Origin: a bacterium
Lineage (GTDB): Bacteria; Patescibacteriota; Minisyncoccia; Minisyncoccales; CG1-02-41-26
Assembly (NCBI GenBank): GCA_030603395.1
Contig: JAUVXX010000002.1
Coordinates: forward strand, 79,807 to 143,806
Reading direction: 5' to 3'
Length of the DNA stretch: 64,000 nucleotides
This document shows, piece by piece, positions 49,198 to 57,202 of the stretch; position 1 is the stretch's first letter; each line of letters starts with the position of its first letter. Below the pieces are notes generated by a model, which worked only from the letters and a program-made list of their open reading frames with translations, did no database searches and was not told the origin of the DNA. The position numbers and the translations under genes were made by a program.

Positions 49198-50150
49198 TTA
49201 ATATCTTCAGCTGCTACAATGCTTTTTCTGACTACTTTGGCTACCTCTACTTCGCTTGGCCTGGGTTCCTTAATCCCATCTCCTAAAGCTTCCCCGATAT
49301 CTAACTCTTTAATAATATTTTGGGGATTTTCTTTTTGAGTCAACCTTGTTTCAGTATTTCTTATTCCCTCAACCATTTCCTTTAATTCTTGGGGTTCAAG
49401 AGAGGCTTTGTGGTCGGGTCCTGGTAGGTTTCTGTCTAAGGTAAAATGCTTCTCAATGATGCAAGCACCGAGAGCGACAGTAGCCAAAGAAACATTTATA
49501 TCTTCTGTGTGGTCTGAATATCCAACGGGTAAATTAAATTCTTTTTCCAGTGTTTGAATTGCTTTCAGGTTGACCTCATTTAAAGGTGTCGGGTAGTTTG
49601 TGGTGCAGTGCAATAAAATTAATTCTTTATTGATTGGCAGAATTGTCTCAACTGCTTCCCTTATTTCTTCTAAGTAAGCCATGCCAGTTGATAAAATTAT
49701 TGGCAAGCTCTTTTCAGCGATATATTTCAATATGGGTAAATTAGTTAAATCTCCGCTGCCAACCTTAATAGCCGGAGATAATTCAGCAATAAGGTCAACA
49801 TCTTCTTGACAAGAGTGAGGAGTGGAAAGAAAAATTATATTTTTTTTATCACAATATTTTTTTAATTCTTTAAAATCTTTGTGCTTTAATTCCAGTTTTC
49901 TTAACATTTCTAACTGACTTTCTTTTTTACCAATATTCCTCTTCTGGTAATCAGCCATTCCTGTTTTTTCTGTAACTAAATTCTCTGCTCTAAACACTTG
50001 AAATTTTATAGCATCAACCCCCGCTTCTTTGGCGGCCGCAACTAATTTTTTAGCCAATTTAAGAGAACCGTTATGATTAACTCCAGCTTCAGCAATTATA
50101 AAACAGGGTTTATCTTCTCCTATTATTTTTTTGCCAATTTTAATTTTCAT
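49182..50150 (-). CDS. neuB: N-acetylneuraminate/legionaminate/pseudaminate synthase family protein (NeuB-like), truncated by a frameshift
   Basis: 322 aa. PCFIIAEAGVNHNGSLKLAKKLVAAAKEAGVDAIKFQ...GYSDHT... carries the TIM-barrel core. The ORF ends AAEDIKKEPP* just where the SAF domain should start. Confidence 0.85.
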   Translation of the reverse strand: MKIKIGKKIIGEDKPCFIIAEAGVNHNGSLKLAKKLVAAAKEAGVDAIKFQVFRAENLVTEKTGMADYQKRNIGKKESQLEMLRKLELKHKDFKELKKYCDKKNIIFLSTPHSCQEDVDLIAELSPAIKVGSGDLTNLPILKYIAEKSLPIILSTGMAYLEEIREAVETILPINKELILLHCTTNYPTPLNEVNLKAIQTLEKEFNLPVGYSDHTEDINVSLATVALGACIIEKHFTLDRNLPGPDHKASLEPQELKEMVEGIRNTETRLTQKENPQNIIKELDIGEALGDGIKEPRPSEVEVAKVVRKSIVAAEDIKKEPP

Positions 50151-50183
50151 TATTTTAAAAGAAAAGGTCTTTCTAAGAATAAT

Positions 50184-51335
50184 CTATTTTCTATTCTTAT
50201 TTTTATCCTCGTTCTCACATTGCTGTTTCCATATTGGATTTTTTACTCTCCATTTACCATTGACTTTTTCAAAAATATTTCTATTTCTCCATTTTTCGAT
50301 AACTTTCCAAAACTCTTTCTCGGTTAATCCTATATAATCTAGAAAAAATTTAAAATATTTTTTAGGAAATTCCCCATCATACTTTTTTACAAGCTTAATT
50401 GCTACCTCTCTGGTTAATCTTCCTTCTCTAATTAAATGGCCAGCATCTGATGTTGCTCGGCAAATCCCAAATTTCATCCACATTAAGTAATAGTGAAAAC
50501 CATCCAGTTTATCATCCAAGCTTGCATAATTAGTAAAGGTACCTTCGGATCGGTTTTTCCGGGCCCGAAAACCACATTTTTCTTTTGCCAGTTCGTAATT
50601 TTTATAGGGATCCCAAAGGTCAAAATGTGAAAAATGAATGAGCTTAATCCCCTTACTTTCAATCTCTTTTTCGCTTGGAAACATAAATGGTTTCAAGTCA
50701 TTTAAAGAAATTTCTTTGTCTATATACTTGTCAACATTCTGCTCGGAATATAAAAATTTTCTAACATATTCTCCATCAAAAACAGGTAAATTTTTTGTTT
50801 TGATTGAACCCCCATATTCAATTTCTGGATCTTCTCCATAAACTACTAATTTAATACCATAATTAATGGCTATTCTTACGGGTGCTGCCATCTGACCAAA
50901 GATAAATGGTAGAAAGGGATCTCCAAATTCTACAAACCCCTTTTTTGTAAGTTTTCTGTAAACTCGTCCATTAGGGATAACTGCAATTAGATCAAAACCC
51001 GAATTAACAAAGTTCTCTAAATTTTTTCGCCCGATATCTGTCGCCAGACCATTTCCTTGCCACGTTACACATAAAGGATGCATACGCAAATCGTGTTTCA
51101 TCCGCCAAGCCACATAAGAACCATCTTTCCCCCCACTGACAGGAATAATACAGTCATAGCTACCATCTTTAGCCCTATATCTATTACAAAATGCTTCTAA
51201 TTTTTTCCATTTTGCTTTCCAATTAATTTTATTAAACTTCTCTTCAGAATACCGACAGGCATTACATACTCCTTCTTCATCAAAAGTAATCCTGGGTCTT
51301 GTATTTGACATTACGCATTTTTTACAATATTTCAT
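50184..51335 (-). CDS. N-acetyl sugar amidotransferase (PP-loop ATPase; WbuX/PseA-like)
   Basis: MKYCKKCVMSNTRPRITFDEEGVCNACRY is a Zn-ribbon-like N-terminus, followed by the PP-loop CIIPVSGGKDGSY. This family makes acetamidino groups on amino sugars. Confidence 0.8.
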   Translation of the reverse strand: MKYCKKCVMSNTRPRITFDEEGVCNACRYSEEKFNKINWKAKWKKLEAFCNRYRAKDGSYDCIIPVSGGKDGSYVAWRMKHDLRMHPLCVTWQGNGLATDIGRKNLENFVNSGFDLIAVIPNGRVYRKLTKKGFVEFGDPFLPFIFGQMAAPVRIAINYGIKLVVYGEDPEIEYGGSIKTKNLPVFDGEYVRKFLYSEQNVDKYIDKEISLNDLKPFMFPSEKEIESKGIKLIHFSHFDLWDPYKNYELAKEKCGFRARKNRSEGTFTNYASLDDKLDGFHYYLMWMKFGICRATSDAGHLIREGRLTREVAIKLVKKYDGEFPKKYFKFFLDYIGLTEKEFWKVIEKWRNRNIFEKVNGKWRVKNPIWKQQCENEDKNKNRK

Positions 51336-51340
51336 AGTAA

Positions 51341-53086
51341 TTAAATTGATTTAATTTTAATTTTTGGGGGTTTCTTTTGCTGAACAGAAACATTCATCTT
51401 AACCAAATCTTTATTTTCATCCAATAATTGACAAATGTCATAGACATTAAAATATTCTTTCTTTTTTGACAGAATGCGAAATATCTTTGTTACTAATTTA
51501 AAATCTTCTTTGGTATCAACGGTAACCCGATATTGGGGTCGAAAAATATCTGGGTCCTCAACTTTAATAACATCACACTTAAATATACCGGGTTTCCTAA
51601 AATATGGTCCCCAGATTTCAGTATCTGAAGAATCTTTTAAATCACATACTTTCTCGAGAGCATTTTTAGAAACAGCATATGCCCCGCAACCAAGAGGTAA
51701 TCCTTTGATTTCACAAAAATCAAACTTCTCTCTAAGATATCTCTCAATCATTTTTTCTATAAAAATAGGTTCTACAAATGGATCGTCCGCAGTTATACTT
51801 ATAATCAAATCTACGTCAAATTTTCGAGCACAATCCCTCATCCGAAGCAAAACATCTTCTTCGCTACCTCGAAAATACTTTATGTCTTTTTTCTTGGTAA
51901 TTTTAATTAATGGGTTGTCCTGAGGATTAGTTGAAGTCATCATTACTACGGGAGTAATATGGCAATGCTTTAATCTGTCAATCATCCACCCAACTATTGG
52001 TTTGCCTAAAATCGGCTTTATGATTTTAAGGGGAAGCCGTTTTGATTTTAATCTGGCAGTTATAAATATGCCAACCTTGGGAAGCTCTCTCTTTTTGATT
52101 GGTTCAAATCTTTCATAAGACAGCCTTGACTTTTTATTAAGTAATGATTTTAACCGGCTGCCAGAAATTTCTCCTCTTTTTGCTCTCATTACTGCTAAAT
52201 TATCCTTACCAAAATTCTGGCCAGCCTTAATATCCTTTTTAGCTACAACTTTCATTAAGGACTTGTACTTTCTGTAGCGGAGTTCATCAGGAGAAACCTC
52301 ATTTACTTTCTTATCAAGGATTTTACCAGCCATTCTAATATTTTTTACAAAATCAGCAAATTCATCCGGATTTAAAGCAGCTTCATAATCGTGGCCTTTC
52401 AGGGCTCTGTTGTGAGTAATATGCTTCTCAGTAATAGAAGCTCCTTGCGAGATAGCCAAAACCGGTAAATAAGTAGAGGCAGAAGATATGGGCTCTGAAT
52501 GGTCCTGATAGCCCCAGGGAAGATTTAATTTTTGGGATAATTCCCGGATAAAATTAAGATTAATGCCTTGAGGCCTTGTGGGAAAATTTTGCAACCCATA
52601 CATTAGATGAATCTTGGCTTTTTTATTAACAGAGTAGATAAATTTTAGGATTTTTTCTATTCCTTCTTTTCCCATTCCCCCAACCGACAAATGAATTTCC
52701 TTTTTTGACTTGACTACCTCTCGGATTAGATCCTTGTTTTCTAAATTGGATGAATGAAATTTAAATCCTTTAATAGGTTTGTTTCTGCAAAATTTAGCGC
52801 TCTCTAAGTCATAAACATTAGCCCAAACATCTAAGTGGAGAGTATTAGCTTTCTTTATAAGTTTTGCCCATACTTTTTGATTTAAGTAGAAGCTTTTTAT
52901 ATTTTTATAGTCCTCGTCTTGAGGAATAATATAGGTCGCAAGGTCAATCAATTGAAATAAAATTCCATCGGCTCCGGCTAAAGAAGCAGATTTAATAATA
53001 AATTCAGCAATTTTGGCATCTCCCTCATGAGAAGAAGCCATTTCCGCCAAAATATATGTAAATGTTTTTTTATCTTTTATTTGCAT
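51341..53086 (-). CDS. fusion protein: NeuB/SpsE-like synthase (with SAF domain) plus cytidylyltransferase (SpsF / CMP-NulO synthetase-like)
   Basis: The N-terminal ~340 aa read FTYILAEMASSHEGDAKIAEFIIKSASLAGADGILFQ...GYQDHS...SAF (VVAKKDIKAGQNF...MRAKRG). The C-terminal ~235 aa read GIFITARLKSKRLPLKIIKPILGKPIV...YFRGSEEDVLLR...ITADDPF, which is the CTP_transf_3 family. Confidence 0.75.
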   Translation of the reverse strand: MQIKDKKTFTYILAEMASSHEGDAKIAEFIIKSASLAGADGILFQLIDLATYIIPQDEDYKNIKSFYLNQKVWAKLIKKANTLHLDVWANVYDLESAKFCRNKPIKGFKFHSSNLENKDLIREVVKSKKEIHLSVGGMGKEGIEKILKFIYSVNKKAKIHLMYGLQNFPTRPQGINLNFIRELSQKLNLPWGYQDHSEPISSASTYLPVLAISQGASITEKHITHNRALKGHDYEAALNPDEFADFVKNIRMAGKILDKKVNEVSPDELRYRKYKSLMKVVAKKDIKAGQNFGKDNLAVMRAKRGEISGSRLKSLLNKKSRLSYERFEPIKKRELPKVGIFITARLKSKRLPLKIIKPILGKPIVGWMIDRLKHCHITPVVMMTSTNPQDNPLIKITKKKDIKYFRGSEEDVLLRMRDCARKFDVDLIISITADDPFVEPIFIEKMIERYLREKFDFCEIKGLPLGCGAYAVSKNALEKVCDLKDSSDTEIWGPYFRKPGIFKCDVIKVEDPDIFRPQYRVTVDTKEDFKLVTKIFRILSKKKEYFNVYDICQLLDENKDLVKMNVSVQQKKPPKIKIKSI

Positions 53087-55229
53087 GAGAGATTACGCAA
53101 TCTTTTATCTCGGCAAAATCGTCGTAATATTTTGATGAAGGGTTATTCAGGGAACTTAAAAACTGAGCTTTTGGCTTTGGAAAAAATATTTTTGTTCTTA
53201 TGTATAATGACCTAAGTTTTCCATATAGGCTATCGGGTAAATTTAAAAAATTAAAAATATCTCGTATTCTATTTTTTAGAAAACATTTAAAATCATTGGG
53301 GTAGTTTTTCTTTAAATAGATAGCCATTGCATCATCAATCACCTTTTTTGATTTCTCTATGTCTAACTGAGATTTTTTACTTAAGTGAATTGCTAAGCAT
53401 TTTTTGAACTTAGCATATTTTTCATGATAACTACCTTCCTTGATAAATTCAGGAATATCTTCATTTCTGATACCTGCTGAATCAGGGATTATTTCCCGGG
53501 CAGTATAAAGCACATCTAAACATTTCATTTTACCGCATATCAATGCAAACATAGAGGGTAAAAGTTCAGCAAACCGTTCATCATCTGTGAATTTCAACAT
53601 TTCTTTAAAAATCATTTTCAAAAATTCAGTTTGGTGAACACCAAAAAGAGTTACCACTGAATAATCTGATAAATGTTTAAATAATCTCAATTTTGGGTCT
53701 TCAAAAGTAATTGATTCAGTTAAACATCCAGATGTTAAATAAAATTGTTTTTTTCCGCTCTTTTTAGTTTTTAAATAGAAAGATATGTGATTGCCGTAAA
53801 CAACCGTAAAATCAGGGTTATTTTCGAGAAAATCAACAGCTCGTTTAATGCCTTTCGGAGTAACAAAATCATCATCGGCACAAAATAAACAATATTTAGT
53901 TTTAGCATAATTTACGGCGTCAGCGGCCTGATGGCGAAACTTATCAAGCTTCTCTGAATAATGATTGAGGTATAAAATGTCTAAATCCAAGAAAGAAGAA
54001 ATAATTTCTTTATTTTTTGTTTTATTTTCATCCGAGCTGGAATCTGAAACAATGAGCTTAAAATCATTTTTATATTCCCTGTAATAATCAATGAGTCGTC
54101 TTAGGCAACCTGGACGGTTGTGGGTTATGATTATGATGGTAGCTTTTATCATTTTATTATTTTTTATTGCATGAGACATTATACAAGTTCGTATCTTATT
54201 AAAATCTTTGTAATATTCGGTCGGCAGGTCATTTGTTGAAGTTGAATTTGAATAATTATTATCTTTTTTGGGTAAAGAAAACAGCCGCCGATATAATAAA
54301 CTTATTTTTTTATATATCCAATCAGGCATATTTAACTTGTGTAAAATATTTGCCACTCCCATTATTAAAAAATGATAAGGGTTTATGTATACAGACATAG
54401 CTTTATCAACTATCCTTTTTGATTTCTCTATTCCTAATTGAGATTTTTTGCTTAGGTGGGTCGCCAAACATTCTCTAAACTTAATGTATTTCTCGTCATA
54501 AGTACCCTCCCTAATAAAATCGTCCATAGTTTTTGCCCTACTAGTTGCACAATCAGGAGTTACTTCCCTGACTCCATAAAGCACGTCTAAAGATTCCATT
54601 TTCCCATGTATTAAGGCAAGCATAGATGGTAAAAGTTCGCCAAATCTTCCATCATTTGTGAATTTTAATGTCTCTTTAAAAATCATTTTAAAAAAATCAG
54701 TTCGGAGAACGCCGAAAATGGTTACCGAATAATTTGATAAATATTCAACTAATCTCGATTTTGCTTCTGGAAAAGTAATTGATTTATGTAAATATATAGG
54801 AGCCCAATAAAATTGCTTCTTTCTACTCCTTTTAGTTTTTAAATAGAAAGAAACATAATCGCCGTGGGCGACTGTAAAGTCAGGGTTATTTTCGAGAAAA
54901 TCAACAGCTTGTTTAATACCTTTCGGAGCAATAAAATCATCATCGGCACAATATATGCAGTATTTGCTTTTGACATAATTTGAAGCATCAAGGAGCTGAT
55001 GATGGGCTTCATTACTTCCATGGGAGGAATCGCTATGGTAATTAACATATAAGATGTCTGAATCTAAGAAAGAAGAAATAGTTTCTTTATTTTTTGTTTT
55101 ATTTTCATCCGAGCTGGAATCTGAAACAATTATCTTAAAATCATTTTTATATTCCCTGTAATAATCAAGGAGTCGTCTTAGATGACCTGGACGGTTATGG
55201 GTTATGACTATAATGGTAGCTTTTATCAT
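53070..55229 (-). CDS. tandem-duplicated GT-A-like glycosyltransferase, two ~360-aa paralogous units fused in one ORF
   Basis: Unit 1 (55229-54153) and unit 2 (54152-53070) both start MIKATII(V/I)ITHNRPG.LRRL.DYYREYKNDFK.IVSDSSSDENKTKNKE. Unit 2 begins with its own ATG at 54150-54152. The first ~150 nt of the two units are more than 90% identical by hand alignment, and the rest is much more diverged. Confidence 0.65.
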   Translation of the reverse strand: MIKATIIVITHNRPGHLRRLLDYYREYKNDFKIIVSDSSSDENKTKNKETISSFLDSDILYVNYHSDSSHGSNEAHHQLLDASNYVKSKYCIYCADDDFIAPKGIKQAVDFLENNPDFTVAHGDYVSFYLKTKRSRKKQFYWAPIYLHKSITFPEAKSRLVEYLSNYSVTIFGVLRTDFFKMIFKETLKFTNDGRFGELLPSMLALIHGKMESLDVLYGVREVTPDCATSRAKTMDDFIREGTYDEKYIKFRECLATHLSKKSQLGIEKSKRIVDKAMSVYINPYHFLIMGVANILHKLNMPDWIYKKISLLYRRLFSLPKKDNNYSNSTSTNDLPTEYYKDFNKIRTCIMSHAIKNNKMIKATIIIITHNRPGCLRRLIDYYREYKNDFKLIVSDSSSDENKTKNKEIISSFLDLDILYLNHYSEKLDKFRHQAADAVNYAKTKYCLFCADDDFVTPKGIKRAVDFLENNPDFTVVYGNHISFYLKTKKSGKKQFYLTSGCLTESITFEDPKLRLFKHLSDYSVVTLFGVHQTEFLKMIFKEMLKFTDDERFAELLPSMFALICGKMKCLDVLYTAREIIPDSAGIRNEDIPEFIKEGSYHEKYAKFKKCLAIHLSKKSQLDIEKSKKVIDDAMAIYLKKNYPNDFKCFLKNRIRDIFNFLNLPDSLYGKLRSLYIRTKIFFPKPKAQFLSSLNNPSSKYYDDFAEIKDCVISHANKR

Positions 55230-55246
55230 TTATTTATTAAAAAGGA

Positions 55247-56245
55247 TTAAACATAGGGAAGGTGACACCTGGCACATAATGGTACTTTGTGCCACTCTCC
55301 TTTATTATGCAATTCTCTAATTCTTCGCATTTTTTCACCAAGCCAAACATCTTTAATACTAGTATCCTTTGCATTTCCGAAGCCACATTCAGCGTCGTAA
55401 TCTGTACAACATAAACCAATTTTCCCATCCCAATGCACGAACAACCGTTGATATAATTGAGGACAAACAAAATTTGACCGTTGATGACGTTTCACAGTAT
55501 ATCTTTTTTCTTTATCCATTCCCTGAGGATTTATATAATCAACAAATCCTATTAAATCAACAATGGACTTCCATAGTTTTATGTAGTCCAAAACCTCTTC
55601 TTTGTTTTCTTTCATCACTACCATACTAACTCTAACTATTGGGCTCGAGCTCCTTGATTCATTTCTTAACTGGACAAAATTCTTTACATTTTCAATAACC
55701 CTTTCAAAGCTCGCTCCTACCCTTATCTTTTCATATCTCTCTTTAAGGGAAGAGTCAAATGATATAAAGAGTTTATCTAATCCCGCATCAATTAATCCTT
55801 TAGACATACTCTTTGTCAATAGGACTCCGTTTGTATTAAACATAACATCTACTATTCCTTTATTTTTGGCATAAGCCACCATTTTTATCAGGTCTTTACA
55901 GATTAAAGGTTCTCCTAAATAACTCAATTTTATGGAGCACAATCCATTATCAGTTCCTTCGTCAACAACCTTTTTAAATAACTCAAAGTCCATATCTCCC
56001 TCCTCTATTTTTTCTCCCCTTTCTAATTTTATGGTCCGGGGACACATTGGGCAGCGTAAATTACATCTTCTGGTTGATTCTATGTCTAAGTGTAAAGGGA
56101 ACTCACCCACAATTTGTTTTTGAGGGTTCTCATGCCACTTTCTTCTGTATTCCCAATATTCTTCCAGTCGGGCAGCCTCCCATTTTTTATTATGGTCAGA
56201 AACCTTTACTTCTGTATAGGTAGGATTTACTTTTATATATTTCAT
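55247..56245 (-). CDS. radical SAM protein with Cys-rich C-terminal (SPASM/twitch-like) region
   Basis: ESTRRCNLRCPMCPR is the CX3CX2C motif, and SYLGEPL follows. The C-terminus reads FVCPQLYQRLFVHWDGKIGLCCTDYDAECGFGN...VPLCARC. Confidence 0.8.
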   Translation of the reverse strand: MKYIKVNPTYTEVKVSDHNKKWEAARLEEYWEYRRKWHENPQKQIVGEFPLHLDIESTRRCNLRCPMCPRTIKLERGEKIEEGDMDFELFKKVVDEGTDNGLCSIKLSYLGEPLICKDLIKMVAYAKNKGIVDVMFNTNGVLLTKSMSKGLIDAGLDKLFISFDSSLKERYEKIRVGASFERVIENVKNFVQLRNESRSSSPIVRVSMVVMKENKEEVLDYIKLWKSIVDLIGFVDYINPQGMDKEKRYTVKRHQRSNFVCPQLYQRLFVHWDGKIGLCCTDYDAECGFGNAKDTSIKDVWLGEKMRRIRELHNKGEWHKVPLCARCHLPYV

Positions 56246-57192
56246 AATGATTTCAATAAAGCAATAGTTTCATCGTAAGAAAGTTTTTTCAAAGGCGTGT
56301 AATGACTTTGCTCTGAGCAATTAATTATATCAACTGGCTTCAGATTGTATATTTTATAAATTTTTTCTAACATTAAAGGCATGGCGACATTAAAAAGCTT
56401 AGTGCCAATCATAAGCTTCTCTGCAGTCCGTTCTACAATAGAATCTGGATTACTTGGACCAGTTTCTCTAAAATAAAGTTCTTCGGTGTTTACTCTTCCG
56501 CCATCGCCGCCGAAAATAACCACTAAAGAAGCCCCTCCTATTACTGCCAAAGAGAGCAATATTGAAAAAGAATCTTGTCTTGGAAAATCTAAGGGGTATT
56601 CCATGCTCGGAATCCGCAGAGACAATCCAGCCTCCATCGTTATATAAGTAAAAGTAGAAGTAAAAAATAAGAGTTTTTTATCATATTTTTTAATAAATTT
56701 GTCTAAGTTAAATCCCTCTGGTATCTTTTTTTCCTGAAAAGATTGTTTTTCAGAAATAAATATATTGTCCCCCGGCCTTTCCAGAAAATCAATTATATTA
56801 TCCATATCTCCACCGGGATCACCACTCTTCATAACTACTGAAAGACGACGGCTAATTTTTTTTAAAATGTATTTCTCAACTGGCCAGCAAATATTTAGGC
56901 CGAAATAGCAGATATCGCAATTCTTAAGTTCAGTAATCCTTTGCTCAAGTTGTCTGATGGAGGCTCCGTGCAATAAAATTACCACTGGTCTTTTGTTTAT
57001 CAACCGGCGCAATCTCTTGATTCTTTCCTCAGTATCGGGTAGATAGTGAGTAAAATTCATCCTATCAGGTTCTTTGACAATTGGAGTTGTTGCATAAAAT
57101 CGACAAACCTCATCAAGCCCCCTTCTAACTCTCGAAATAAGCAATGCTTTCTCTAAGATTTTCTTAAAGATTCTTTTTAAAATTTTATTCAT
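56242..57192 (-). CDS. hypothetical protein
   Basis: A 316-aa ORF translationally coupled on both sides by 4-nt overlaps. PVVILLHGASIRQLE and VVIFGGDGG suggest a Rossmann-like fold, but I recognise no family. Confidence 0.4.
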   Translation of the reverse strand: MNKILKRIFKKILEKALLISRVRRGLDEVCRFYATTPIVKEPDRMNFTHYLPDTEERIKRLRRLINKRPVVILLHGASIRQLEQRITELKNCDICYFGLNICWPVEKYILKKISRRLSVVMKSGDPGGDMDNIIDFLERPGDNIFISEKQSFQEKKIPEGFNLDKFIKKYDKKLLFFTSTFTYITMEAGLSLRIPSMEYPLDFPRQDSFSILLSLAVIGGASLVVIFGGDGGRVNTEELYFRETGPSNPDSIVERTAEKLMIGTKLFNVAMPLMLEKIYKIYNLKPVDIINCSEQSHYTPLKKLSYDETIALLKSL

Positions 57193-57202
57193 TTTGATTT
57201 AA

